NCBI GenBank assembly: GCA_965116415.1
Contig: OZ220693.1
Span: 831,076-895,075, forward strand
Direction of reading: 5' to 3'
Length of the DNA: 64,000 bases
Origin: Dehalococcoidia bacterium
GTDB taxonomy: Bacteria > Chloroflexota > Dehalococcoidia > Lucifugimonadales > UBA1123
The notes beneath the pieces were generated by a model. The model was not told the DNA's origin. It ran no database searches and was given only the letters and a program-made list of their open reading frames with translations. Position 1 is the stretch's first letter. Each line of letters begins with the position of its first letter. A program made the position numbers and the translations under genes. Below are positions 19,138 through 28,151 of the stretch, piece by piece.

Positions 19138-20337
19138 CTAGTCGAGAATCTTCGTGATGACGCCGGACCCGACTGTCCTGCCACCCTCGCGTACGGCGAA
19201 CCTGAGCTGCTCCTCTAGCGCCACTGGCGTGATCAGCTTGATGTTCATCTCGATGTTGTCGCCTGGCATGACCATCTCGACTCCGTCCGGCAGTTGGATC
19301 TCGCCGGTCACGTCGGTGGTCCTGATGTAGAACTGCGGCTTGTAGCCGTTGAAGAACGGGGTGTGCCTGCCGCCCTCGTCCTTGCTGAGTACGTAAACCT
19401 GGGCCTCGTACTCGCGGTGGGGAGTCATGCTGCCGGGGGCAACGAGCACCTGGCCGCGCTCGATGGCGTCTCGGTCAACGCCTCGCAGGAGTACACCGAC
19501 GGCGTCTCCAGGCTCACCCTCGTCGAGAATCTTGTGGAACATCTCCACGCCGGTGACCACGGTGTTTGTGGTCTCCTTGATTCCGACGATCTCAATTGTG
19601 TCGCCCATCCTGACGATCCCACGCTCAACGCGTCCGGTGACCACTGTACCGCGGCCCTTGATTCCGAAAACGTCCTCGATAGGCATGAGGAAGTCGAGGT
19701 CGCGAGGTCGCTCAGGAACGGGGATATAGTCGTCCACAGCTTCCATCAGCTCCCAGATTCCACTGGCCCACTCACCCTCGCGCGTGTTGTCCTCAGCCTC
19801 GAGAGCGTTCAGGGCGCTGACCCGGACGATCGGAATGTCGTCTCCCGGGAAACCGTACTCGGAGAGCAGTTCCCGCATCTCCAGTTCGACGAGCTCGAGG
19901 AGCTCCTCGTCTTCCATCGCATCAACCTTGTTGAGAGCGACGACAATAGCGGGGACCTCAACCTGGCGGGCGAGCAGGATGTGCTCACGAGTCTGCGGCA
20001 TGGGTCCATCGGGAGCGCTTACGACCAGGATAGCGCCGTCCATCTGGGCTGCGCCGGTAATCATGTTCTTGATGTAGTCGGCGTGGCCCGGGCAGTCGAC
20101 GTGGGCGTAGTGACGCGTGTCGGTCTCGTACTCAACGTGCTGGATCGCGATCGTGACTCCACGTTCCCGCTCTTCCGGAGCGTTGTCGATAGAGTCGAAG
20201 GGACGGAAGTCTGCCATACCGGCTGACGCCAACACCTTGGTTATTGCAGCCGTCAGGGTCGTCTTGCCGTGGTCAACGTGACCAATGGTACCGACGTTAA
20301 CGTGGGGCTTCGTCCGCTCAAACCTCTGCTTAGCCAT
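19138..20337 (-). CDS. tuf: elongation factor Tu
   Basis: 399 aa. Contains [28 protein letters not shown] ... DCPGHADY ... NKVD. Confidence 0.98.
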   Translation of the reverse strand: MAKQRFERTKPHVNVGTIGHVDHGKTTLTAAITKVLASAGMADFRPFDSIDNAPEERERGVTIAIQHVEYETDTRHYAHVDCPGHADYIKNMITGAAQMDGAILVVSAPDGPMPQTREHILLARQVEVPAIVVALNKVDAMEDEELLELVELEMRELLSEYGFPGDDIPIVRVSALNALEAEDNTREGEWASGIWELMEAVDDYIPVPERPRDLDFLMPIEDVFGIKGRGTVVTGRVERGIVRMGDTIEIVGIKETTNTVVTGVEMFHKILDEGEPGDAVGVLLRGVDRDAIERGQVLVAPGSMTPHREYEAQVYVLSKDEGGRHTPFFNGYKPQFYIRTTDVTGEIQLPDGVEMVMPGDNIEMNIKLITPVALEEQLRFAVREGGRTVGSGVITKILD

Positions 20338-20359
20338 TAATCCTCTTTCCTCCGTTGTC

Positions 20360-20435
20360 TGGAGCCCACAAGCAGACTCGAACTGCTGACCTCGTTCTTA
20401 CCAAGAACGCGCTCTACCTCCTGAGCTATGTGGGC
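20360..20435 (-). tRNA. tRNA-Thr (anticodon GGT), CCA encoded
   Basis: The reverse complement reads GCCCACATAGCTCAGGAGGTAGAGCGCGTTCTTGGTAAGAACGAGGTCAGCAGTTCGAGTCTGCTTGTGGGCTCCA. It folds as a canonical cloverleaf with anticodon loop TTGGTAA. Confidence 0.9.
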
Positions 20436-20470
20436 CCGATCCTTATTTGGCGATCAGAAACCTGTCTATA

Positions 20471-20558
20471 TGGTGGACGGGGAGGGATTCGAACCCCCGT
20501 AGCCCTTCCGGGCGCCAGATTTACAGTCTGGTGGTATTAACCACTCACCCACCCGTCC
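20471..20558 (-). tRNA. tRNA-Tyr (anticodon GTA), long variable arm, CCA encoded
   Basis: The reverse complement reads GGACGGGTGGGTGAGTGGTTAATACCACCAGACTGTAAATCTGGCGCCCGGAAGGGCTACGGGGGTTCGAATCCCTCCCCGTCCACCA. Confidence 0.9.
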
Positions 20559-20639
20559 ACGGCTAATCCAAAGTAGTTTAGCATAGCGAACTTTTGCAAT
20601 CCAAGAAAAAGCCAAGAAGGGGCAGAGAGGCGAGGAGAG

Positions 20640-20713
20640 AGCCTCAGGGGGGATTCGAACCCACCAACCTCCCGATTACAAGTCGGGTGCGCTGCCAATT
20701 GCGCCACTGAGGC
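20640..20713 (-). tRNA. tRNA-Thr (anticodon TGT), no encoded CCA
   Basis: The reverse complement reads GCCTCAGTGGCGCAATTGGCAGCGCACCCGACTTGTAATCGGGAGGTTGGTGGGTTCGAATCCCCCCTGAGGCT. Anticodon loop is CTTGTAA. By eye there is one T-C mismatch in the T stem. Confidence 0.8.
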
Positions 20714-20750
20714 CCGCTGTCTGCGTCGTATGACTTTAGGGCAGGGTTGG

Positions 20751-21944
20751 CTAAGGGGTCAATAGCAGGTCTTCAGCAGTGCGCTGGACTGTACGGAAAA
20801 CCTCGTTCAGTGGAAGGCCTGACTCGGCCGCGATCCTTCGGCAGTCTTCGTACTCAGGGCTTACGGATACTGTTTGTCCGTCGATGATCTTCAGCTTCAC
20901 TGAAGCGCTGCCAAGCTGGGTCTCGACCGTCCGAATCTCGCGTAGTGCCTCGTACCGTTCGATTGGGCGCACCCTAACGCCCAGCGTGGTCGTCTCACGC
21001 ATGATCAGATCGGCAGCCTGACTCTCCGTGCTCTCATCGACTATCGCGCAGAGCATCGTTGCGGGCCTGTTCTTCTTCATCTGGATAGGCGTGAACCACA
21101 CGTCCCTCGCGCCAATGTCAAAGAGTCGTTCCTGGACGTATCCGAGCAGCTCGCCAGTGGAGTCATCCAGGTTAGTCTCCAGTAGTGAAAGGCCGCCCGT
21201 CTTGGCATCGTGGGCGACCTCGCCCACCCAGATGCCCAAGACATTCGGGTACTCATCGGGATCCCTGGTGCCGAGTCCGTAGCCCTGAGCCTGCATGGAC
21301 ATGCGGGGCTGCCGAAACTCTGCAAGCGTGGTGATGATTCCAGCGCCGGTGGGCGTCACCATTTCACCGGTCCTGACAGGGTTGTTTGGGGCTGGAACGA
21401 GAGGGGCATCCGCCATGGTGAAGAGCGCCGAAGTCGCCGGGGACGGCACTGGCAGGAGACCGTGAGCGCTCCTGAATACGCCAGTTCCCATGGGGAATGG
21501 CGACGAGTAGACACGTCCTACTCCGAGGTGTTCGAGTCCGACCATTGCGCCTACCACGTCCACCAGCGTGTCTAGCGTTCCCAGCTCGTGCAGGTGCAGG
21601 TGCTCCGCGGACGTTCTATGCACCCTGGCCTCGGCGTCGGCCATTCGATTGAAGACGACGGTCGACTGCTCCTTGACACGGTCGGAAAGCGTTGAGGACT
21701 GAACGGCGGCAACAAAGTCGTCGAAACGATGGGACTTGCGAGCCTGGTCGTCAAGCTCGACTCTCACGTGGGTCCCAACTACTCCACCGCGCTGTGATTG
21801 CTCGACGCTGAGGTCGACGCCGCTAACGTTCATCGCATCCATAGCGTTCACAATGATGCTTAGAGGAACGCCAGCATCTACCAGGGCGCCCAGAACCATG
21901 TCTCCGCTGGCCCCACCAATACACTGGAAGTATGCAGATCTCAG
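20751..21944 (-). CDS. larC: LarC-family nickel insertion protein (DUF111; nickel-pincer cofactor biosynthesis)
   Basis: The conserved N-terminus AYFQCIGGASGDMVLGALVDAG and the C-terminal ...ESGLPLNEV region match the family. The ORF-track start (TTG at 22100) would overlap radA by 136 nt. Between the radA stop and the conserved motif there is no in-frame ATG, GTG or TTG. The 5' end is tentatively set at the CTG at 21944 (GAGAGG lies 8 nt upstream). Confidence 0.8.
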   Translation of the reverse strand: MRSAYFQCIGGASGDMVLGALVDAGVPLSIIVNAMDAMNVSGVDLSVEQSQRGGVVGTHVRVELDDQARKSHRFDDFVAAVQSSTLSDRVKEQSTVVFNRMADAEARVHRTSAEHLHLHELGTLDTLVDVVGAMVGLEHLGVGRVYSSPFPMGTGVFRSAHGLLPVPSPATSALFTMADAPLVPAPNNPVRTGEMVTPTGAGIITTLAEFRQPRMSMQAQGYGLGTRDPDEYPNVLGIWVGEVAHDAKTGGLSLLETNLDDSTGELLGYVQERLFDIGARDVWFTPIQMKKNRPATMLCAIVDESTESQAADLIMRETTTLGVRVRPIERYEALREIRTVETQLGSASVKLKIIDGQTVSVSPEYEDCRRIAAESGLPLNEVFRTVQRTAEDLLLTP

Positions 21945-21964
21945 CTTGCCAACCTCTCGGAAAC

Positions 21965-23356
21965 TCAGACCACGCTGACAGGACGCTTGGAACGCGAGCC
22001 AGACATCGAACCTGTGATGGCCTGCCTGAGATTGGAGGCGAGAACCAATTCGAGCGAACGCGCAGGGCTGTCGATAGCAGCCCCTCCAGGCACGACACAA
22101 CTGGAGAGACCGAGTCGTCCAACCTCCTGGACTCTCCTCGCGGGCTGTGACACGGAACGGACCTCCCCGCCCAGTCCCAGTTCGCCAAAGGCGGCAGTTC
22201 CTGCATTAACGGGCACATCACGAACTGAGGAGACTATCGCCAGTGCGATTGCCAGGTCAGCCGCTGTCTCGACTACCCTGACTCCGCCGGTGACGTTCAC
22301 AATTACATCCTGGCTGGACAGCGAAATGCCGGCTCTACGGGTCAGCACCGCACAGACCAGCAGCAGCCTGTTGTAGTCCACCCCTGAGGCCACCCGCCTG
22401 GGCGTCGGCAGCAGCGAAGGATTGGTCAGCGCCTGCAGTTCCACGAGGATCGGTCGTGTGCCCTCAATCGCCGGGACGACTACCGAGCCAACGGAGCCTG
22501 AGGAGTGCTGCGAAAGCAACTGGGCCGAAGGGTCCTTCACGTCTCGCAGACCCATCTCGGTCATTTCAAAGACTCCCACCTCGTTCGTGGAGCCGAAACG
22601 GTTCTTGACCGACCTGAGCAGTCTGAATGAGCTTACCGGGTCGCCCTCCAGGTAGAGGACAACGTCAACGACGTGCTCGAGAACTCTCGGGCCGGCAATC
22701 TCTCCCCCTTTGGTCACGTGCCCGGTCATAATGACCGAAGTTGCAGTCGACTTCGCCCACTGGGTGAGGCGACGGGCGCACTCCCTGATCTGTGCCATAC
22801 TTCCAGCCTCGGAAGGCAGGTCTTCGTCGAAGACGGTCTGGATCGAATCTATGACGACAAGCGAGGGTTTGAGACCATCCATGTGTGTCATGATTTCTGC
22901 CAGACCGGTCGCAGGCAGCAGGTAGAGTCCCGGGACGTCGATATCGAGCCGGTCGGCTCGCAGCTTGACCTGATGAGCGGACTCTTCACCGGTGACGTAG
23001 AGGACCGGAGCCTCACTAGCGGCGTCCGCAGCCGCAGCCAGGAGCAGTGTGGACTTGCCGATACCAGGGTCGCCGGCGACCAGGGTGACTGATCCAGGAA
23101 CCAGCCCTCCACCGAGGACTCGGTTTACTTCCGCTGACTTGAAAGTCGTTCGCGGGTGTTGCTGCAGTGTTACGTCACGCAGCTGCACCGGTTCGCTCCC
23201 CATGGAGCCGGACCAAGTTCCACGCCGTGGCGCTGCAGGTTGCGTGACCTCATTCAGAGTATTCCAGTCGCCGCACGAGGAACAGCGTCCCTCCCATCTG
23301 GAAGACTCGCTGCCGCAGGCAGAACATACGAATACTGATCTGGCCTTCCTAGCCAT
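21965..23356 (-). CDS. radA: DNA repair protein RadA/Sms
   Basis: 463 aa. Contains the zinc finger CSACG...CSSCGDWN, the Walker A GDPGIGKSTLLL, the KNRFG motif and a Lon-like C-domain. Confidence 0.95.
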   Translation of the reverse strand: MARKARSVFVCSACGSESSRWEGRCSSCGDWNTLNEVTQPAAPRRGTWSGSMGSEPVQLRDVTLQQHPRTTFKSAEVNRVLGGGLVPGSVTLVAGDPGIGKSTLLLAAAADAASEAPVLYVTGEESAHQVKLRADRLDIDVPGLYLLPATGLAEIMTHMDGLKPSLVVIDSIQTVFDEDLPSEAGSMAQIRECARRLTQWAKSTATSVIMTGHVTKGGEIAGPRVLEHVVDVVLYLEGDPVSSFRLLRSVKNRFGSTNEVGVFEMTEMGLRDVKDPSAQLLSQHSSGSVGSVVVPAIEGTRPILVELQALTNPSLLPTPRRVASGVDYNRLLLVCAVLTRRAGISLSSQDVIVNVTGGVRVVETAADLAIALAIVSSVRDVPVNAGTAAFGELGLGGEVRSVSQPARRVQEVGRLGLSSCVVPGGAAIDSPARSLELVLASNLRQAITGSMSGSRSKRPVSVV

Positions 23357-23372
23357 TGTCCCCTGAATACAG

Positions 23373-23404
23373 TGAAGGTCTGGGGTTATTCTCCCAGACC
23401 TTCA
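23373..23404 (-). other. perfect 12-bp stem-loop in the clpC-radA intergenic gap
   Basis: TGAAGGTCTGGG / CCCAGACCTTCA with an 8-nt loop. There is no U-tract on the transcribed (minus) strand, so this is not a classical terminator. Confidence 0.35.
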
Positions 23405-23427
23405 GCAGATAGCGGTTGTAGACGGAC

Positions 23428-25905
23428 TTAGGTCGAAGACGCTACGGTGAACGGCGATTCGGCCCTGATGACGATTTCTCCCTCGTCATCGACATCGATG
23501 ATGGCGGTGTCTGCAGGTCCGAGGTCTCCGCCCAGTATCGCGTCGGAGAGCTTGTCCTCAACGTGGTCCTGGATTACGCGGCGAAGAGGTCGCGCACCGA
23601 AGACCGGGTCGTAGCCCTTCTCGACCAGCCAGTCTTTGGCCGCGTCGGTTACGACGAGGTTTATGCCCTTCTCAATCAGGTTGGACGTAACGTCCCTAAG
23701 CTCGATCGGAATGATCTGGTGCATGTGGTCCTGGTTAAGAGAATGGAAAACGACACTCCCGTCAATCCTGTTGAGGAACTCAGGGCGGAAGAACCTCTTT
23801 ACCTCGTCGAGCACGTTGTTCTTCATGCGATTGTAGGCCTCGTCCTCGGTCTGACCCTGGCCCGACCTGGCGGCGAAGCCGATTGACCTGTCCTGCCGGA
23901 TCAGGTCTGATCCGATGTTCGAAGTCATGGCGACGATGGTGTTGCGGAAGTCGACCTTGCGACCCTTGGAGTCGGTGAGGTGTCCGTCGTCGAAAATCTG
24001 GAGCAGTATGTTGAAGACCTCAGGATGCGCCTTCTCGATCTCATCGAGCAGGATGACGCAATATGACTTACGCCTGACTGCCTCCGTAAGCTGGCCGCCG
24101 TCGTCGTAGCCGATATACCCGGGAGGTGCGCCTACCAGACGGGCGACAGAGTGCCGCTCCATGAACTCCGACATGTCGATTCGGATGAGTGCGTCCTCAG
24201 ATCCGAACAGGAACTCGGCGAGCTTGCGAACAAGAAGGGTCTTACCCACGCCCGTCGGACCCAGGAACATGAATATGCCGGTGGGGCGTCTCGGATTCTT
24301 GAGACCTGCACGTCCGCGGCGGACGGCCTTGGAGATCATGGTAATTGGCTCATCCTGGCCTATGACCTTCTCGTGAAGGACCTCCTCCATGTTGATGAGT
24401 CTTTCGGTCTCTGTAGCTGCCAGCCGGGTCACCGGGATCGAGGTCCACATGCTCACTACTTCGGCTATGTCCTCTTCGGTGACGACCGGGCTTTCGTCTG
24501 CCCGTTCGTCCTTCCAGGATTGCTCGAGCTCTTCGAGGTTTTCCACCATATGCGCTTCTCTGTCACGAAGCTCGGCGGCGTACTCGTACTGCCTGCTGGC
24601 GATCGCCTCATCCTTCTCCTTGCGAACACTTTCCAGCATCCTGGTCGCGTCCTGCACGGACAGTGGCGCGGTGCTGAAGTTGATGCGAACGCGTGAGGAC
24701 GCTTCGTCGATCAGGTCGATGGCCTTGTCGGGCAGGAAGCGGTCTGAAATGTACCTGGATGCCAGGACCGCGGCCTGCTGCAGGGCCTCGTCAGTTATCG
24801 AGAGCTGGTGATGCTCTTCGTAGTGCTTCTTGACTCCGCGCAGGATGTCGACAGTCTCTTCGGTGGTCGGCTCTTCCACCCTGACGGGCTGGAAGCGCCT
24901 CTCGAGTGCGGGGTCGCGCTCAACGTACTTGCGATAGTCGTCGAGGGTCGTCGCACCAATTGTCTGGAGTTCGCCGCGTGCAAGTGACGGCTTCAGGATG
25001 TTCGCGGCGTCCACCGCGCCTTCGGCAGCTCCCGCTCCAACCATGGTGTGGACTTCGTCTATGAACAGGACGCAGTTGCCGGCGTTGCGGATCTCTTCAA
25101 CGACCTTTTTGAGCCGTTCTTCGAATTCGCCCCTGTACTTGGTACCCGCAACCAGGGCGCCCATGTCGAGCGTCACTAGGCGTCTCCCCTGGAGGGTGCT
25201 GGGAACGTCGTTGTTCGCGATGCGTTGCGCGAGCCCCTCGACGATTGCAGTCTTGCCAACACCAGGTTCGCCGACCAGAACCGGGTTGTTCTTGGTCCTG
25301 CGGCTGAGGATCTGGGTTACACGCTGTATCTCCCGCTCGCGTCCAACCGTTTCGTCAAGCTTGCCCGAGCGGGCAGCCTGGGTGAGGTCTATACCGAGCT
25401 GGTCGAGCGTAGGCGTTCTAGAGGTCGACCTTCCACTGCCGCTGCTCTGGGACTGCTGGACGTTCTGGCTGAGAATCCGGCTCGTCTCGGCGCGGATCTT
25501 GTCCAGCGTAACTCCGAGACTTTCGAGCACTCCCGCGGGGACTCCCTCGCCCTCGCGCATCAGGCCGATCAGCAGGTGCTCGGTGCCGATGTAGTTGTGA
25601 TTGAGCCTGCGGGCCTCATCGACGGCCAGCTCTATTACCTTCTTGGCCCTGGGTGTGAGACCAATCTCTCCGGAAGGAGTTCGCTCTCCCCTGCCTATGA
25701 TGAACTCGACCGCGGAGCGCACCTTGCTGAGCTCCACGCCAAGGTTGTTGAGCACCTTGGCAGCGACTCCATCTGTCTCGCGGACAAGGCCAAGAAGAAT
25801 ATGCTCGGTACCAATGTAGGTATGGTTGAACCGCTGTGCCTCTTCTTGCGCCAGGGAAAGGACTCGACGTGCCTTTTCCGAGAATTTCTCAAACCTGCTG
25901 GCCAT
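23428..25905 (-). CDS. clpC: ATP-dependent Clp protease ATP-binding subunit ClpC
   Basis: 825 aa. Contains duplicated Clp-N repeats, two AAA+ modules ([17 protein letters not shown]) and a UVR-like linker. Confidence 0.95.
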   Translation of the reverse strand: MASRFEKFSEKARRVLSLAQEEAQRFNHTYIGTEHILLGLVRETDGVAAKVLNNLGVELSKVRSAVEFIIGRGERTPSGEIGLTPRAKKVIELAVDEARRLNHNYIGTEHLLIGLMREGEGVPAGVLESLGVTLDKIRAETSRILSQNVQQSQSSGSGRSTSRTPTLDQLGIDLTQAARSGKLDETVGREREIQRVTQILSRRTKNNPVLVGEPGVGKTAIVEGLAQRIANNDVPSTLQGRRLVTLDMGALVAGTKYRGEFEERLKKVVEEIRNAGNCVLFIDEVHTMVGAGAAEGAVDAANILKPSLARGELQTIGATTLDDYRKYVERDPALERRFQPVRVEEPTTEETVDILRGVKKHYEEHHQLSITDEALQQAAVLASRYISDRFLPDKAIDLIDEASSRVRINFSTAPLSVQDATRMLESVRKEKDEAIASRQYEYAAELRDREAHMVENLEELEQSWKDERADESPVVTEEDIAEVVSMWTSIPVTRLAATETERLINMEEVLHEKVIGQDEPITMISKAVRRGRAGLKNPRRPTGIFMFLGPTGVGKTLLVRKLAEFLFGSEDALIRIDMSEFMERHSVARLVGAPPGYIGYDDGGQLTEAVRRKSYCVILLDEIEKAHPEVFNILLQIFDDGHLTDSKGRKVDFRNTIVAMTSNIGSDLIRQDRSIGFAARSGQGQTEDEAYNRMKNNVLDEVKRFFRPEFLNRIDGSVVFHSLNQDHMHQIIPIELRDVTSNLIEKGINLVVTDAAKDWLVEKGYDPVFGARPLRRVIQDHVEDKLSDAILGGDLGPADTAIIDVDDEGEIVIRAESPFTVASST

Positions 25906-25954
25906 GGAAGCGTCTCCTCGTCGGGAAAGTCAGTTCGGCAAAGGTGGTACAGGG

Positions 25955-27127
25955 CTAGAAGAAGCGCTCTTCGCTCGCCTGCTTGAGGCTGAGGCCAAGC
26001 CTCCTGCGCTCCGGCTCGATTCGCAGGATCTTGACTTCCACCTGCTCGCCTTCCCTCACCACTTCCCGAGGGTGATTAATCATCCTTGCTGAGAGTTCCG
26101 AAATGTGAATCAGACCTTCTATGGAGTCTTCCACTCGCGCGAAGGCGCCAAAGTTGGTCAACTTGGTCACGGTTGCATTTACGACGTCGCCGATATTGTG
26201 ACGCTCGTGTATGGTCTCCCAGGGCTCTGGCTGGAGCCGCCTGAGGCTGAGAGCGATCTTCATGTTTTCGGCGTCTACCCGCAGCACGTAAACGTCGACC
26301 TTCTGGCCGACGCTCACCACCTCTTCCGGGGAGTTGACCATGCTCCACGAGAGCTCAGAGATGTGAATCAGTCCGTCTGCGCCGCCGATATCGACAAATG
26401 CGCCGAAGCTGCTGATGCCGGTAACGGTCCCGCTTCTGGTCTGACCCTCTTCCAGTTCTTCGATGAGCTTGGCCTTGCGGGCGTCGCGCGACTCCTGAAC
26501 AGCCTGTCTCTCTGAGAAGATGGCCCGGTTTCGGCTGCGGTTCACTTCAAGAACTTTCATCTGAATCTCGCGACCGAGTTCGGCGCTCTGGGCCTCCTGA
26601 ATGCTCTCGGTCTCTTCTTCAGACAGCCCATCGCCGCCTTCCTGGTAGATGCGGAAGCGCTCTCGGGGCACCGAGACCAACTGGGACATGGGGACGAAGC
26701 CCTGGACTCCCTCGACCTCGACGATCGAGCCACCCCTGTTGAAACCGGCGATCTTGCCTTCGATAACCTCTCCAGCTTCCATCGCCTTCTCAAGGTAGCG
26801 CCAGCCCTGTTCGCCTATGGCTCTATCCACGGACAGGATTGCGGGGTTGTCGCCCGACTCCGGACGTACCACCATTGCGATTATGGAGCCGCCCACCAGC
26901 CCTTCGATGCCCGTTGTATCGATGGTGCGCATCTCGTTAGCGGGAACGTGGGCCTCGGCTTTCTGTCCGATATTGACGAACAGTCCGTCGGAGGTGTCAG
27001 CCCGCATCACGACGCCTTCTACGACATCGCCTCGGCGGACATTCTTGATCTCCCCCATCATCTGGTCGAGCAGCTGGCCCATATCTTCTTCAGCGGCCAC
27101 TTGCTCACGCTCTTGTTCAGTAGTCAT
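25955..27127 (-). CDS. rpsA: 30S ribosomal protein S1 (four S1 domains)
   Basis: 390 aa. Contains repeated S1-domain signatures (GxVxG.V....G.FV.IG...GLIHISEL). Confidence 0.9.
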   Translation of the reverse strand: MTTEQEREQVAAEEDMGQLLDQMMGEIKNVRRGDVVEGVVMRADTSDGLFVNIGQKAEAHVPANEMRTIDTTGIEGLVGGSIIAMVVRPESGDNPAILSVDRAIGEQGWRYLEKAMEAGEVIEGKIAGFNRGGSIVEVEGVQGFVPMSQLVSVPRERFRIYQEGGDGLSEEETESIQEAQSAELGREIQMKVLEVNRSRNRAIFSERQAVQESRDARKAKLIEELEEGQTRSGTVTGISSFGAFVDIGGADGLIHISELSWSMVNSPEEVVSVGQKVDVYVLRVDAENMKIALSLRRLQPEPWETIHERHNIGDVVNATVTKLTNFGAFARVEDSIEGLIHISELSARMINHPREVVREGEQVEVKILRIEPERRRLGLSLKQASEERFF

Positions 27128-27417
27128 TCGTTCAACTTTCCGGTAAAAGAGTCAGGTAGGTTCATTATATGTAATGATTTTCGACTGGTAAAGCCGCGCC
27201 CATCGCACAAAACACCCTAAGCCGGGTCCTTGGACAGTGAGTACCTGGTAGAAGTCGCCGCCCCGACTTTCCCCCTGTTAATTGTAGAGTGACGTGATTG
27301 TATCATGGCGGGATTGGGCTGAAAACCCATTTTTGAGGGGCAGCCGACTACGCGATACGAAGCCTTGACTGCCAATTCGGCAAGGTCTTCAGTTAACTCA
27401 GACCTCTTGAGGGGGAC

Positions 27418-27536
27418 ACCCTGGCAGTGGCCTATTTTCCCACACCCTTGCAAGTGCAGTATCGTCGGCGCTGAAGCGTTTCACTTCCGTGTTCGGGATG
27501 GGAACGGGTGGGTCCGCCTCGCTCAAACCACCAAGG
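27418..27536 (-). rRNA. rrf: 5S ribosomal RNA (stand-alone copy)
   Basis: The reverse complement reads CCTTGGTGGTTTGAGCGAGGCGGACCCACCCGTTCCCATCCCGAACACGGAAGTGAAACGCTTCAGCGCCGACGATACTGCACTTGCAAGGGTGTGGGAAAATAGGCCACTGCCAGGGT. It contains the universal CCCGTTCCCATCCCGAACACGGAAGT core, and the ends pair as helix I. No 23S or 16S sequence is present anywhere in the window. Confidence 0.9.
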
Positions 27537-27549
27537 ATAATCGGCGAAA

Positions 27550-27579
27550 AGTATAGCGCAGCCAAGATTCCGGCGTCAA
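27550..27579 (-). promoter_or_regulatory. sigma70-type promoter for the 5S rRNA gene
   Basis: On the minus strand: TTGACG (27579-27574), an 18-nt spacer, TATACT (27555-27550), then about 13 nt to the 5S 5' end. Confidence 0.55.
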
Positions 27580-27662
27580 TGATTTCCTTGACTGGTATCG
27601 GGGCCCATGCTAGGATTGCGGCCAATTGGAGACTTCCCGTAAGAGCCAGAAAAGCGGAGGTA

Positions 27663-28079
27663 ATGGACGTGGCGACAACCCAGCTACTAGAGGTCAGCGA
27701 ACTGGCCGCCCAGAAGTTCCAGGACATCCTCAAAGAAGAGGGTGAGGACGAAGGGCTGCTCCGTGTGATGGTTATGCCCGGACCTCAGGGGGGCGTTCAG
27801 TACATGCTGAGCGTCGAGGCCGAGGCCGCTGAAAATGACTTCGTCATCGACACCCACGAGATCCAGGTTCTGGTGGACGCAGACAGCGCTCCCCTTCTCG
27901 ACGGCTCGACCATAGATTATATGGAGGGGTTGATGAGGAGCGGGTTCGTCATCAGCAACCCGAACTTCCAGTCCGGATGCGGATGCGGCGGTGGTGGTGG
28001 CGGATGCGCCTGCGGTGGCGGCGGTGGAGGATGCGGCTGTGGTGGCGGCGGCGGTGGATGCGGATGCGGCGGTCACTAG
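27663..28079 (+). CDS. HesB/IscA-family (A-type carrier-like) protein with a Gly/Cys-repeat C-terminal tail
   Basis: ATG at 27663 preceded by GGAGG. The body (...LRVMVMPGPQGGVQYMLSV ... FVISNPNFQSGCGCG) follows the HesB fold pattern. The tail is GGGGGGCAC GGGGGGCGC GGGGGGCGC GGH. The upstream part of ORF 27489.. overlaps the 5S promoter region and is rejected. Confidence 0.8.
   Translation: MDVATTQLLEVSELAAQKFQDILKEEGEDEGLLRVMVMPGPQGGVQYMLSVEAEAAENDFVIDTHEIQVLVDADSAPLLDGSTIDYMEGLMRSGFVISNPNFQSGCGCGGGGGGCACGGGGGGCGCGGGGGGCGCGGH
27987..28067 (+). repeat. three tandem 27-nt coding repeats (Gly6-Cys-x-Cys)
   Basis: The units are GGCGGTGGTGGTGGCGGATGCGCCTGC, GGTGGCGGCGGTGGAGGATGCGGCTGT and GGTGGCGGCGGCGGTGGATGCGGATGC. 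They are in frame within the hesB-like gene. Confidence 0.9.
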
Positions 28080-28110
28080 ACCACAAGGCTACACAGACCA
28101 ACTAAGCAAA

Positions 28111-28137
28111 ACGGAGCGGTCAACTCGCTCCGTTTTT
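28111..28137 (+). terminator. intrinsic terminator after the hesB-like gene
   Basis: ACGGAGCG / CGCTCCGT stem with a 7-nt loop, followed by TTTTTGATTT. Confidence 0.65.
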
Positions 28138-28151
28138 GATTTCAATGAACA

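Noticed and set aside
19294-20226. 310-aa ORF on the plus strand
   Set aside because: It is antisense to tuf (EF-Tu), which is beyond doubt.
25225-25986. 253-aa ORF on the plus strand
   Set aside because: It is antisense to the N-terminal part of clpC.
27398-27733. 111-aa minus-strand ORF and the N-terminal 58 codons of ORF 27489..28079
   Set aside because: Both lie over the 5S rRNA gene and its promoter. The hesB-like gene has a good RBS and ATG at 27663.
27687-28076. 129-aa minus-strand ORF rich in Ala/Thr/Ser
   Set aside because: It is the antisense reading of the Gly/Cys repeat and the hesB-like body.
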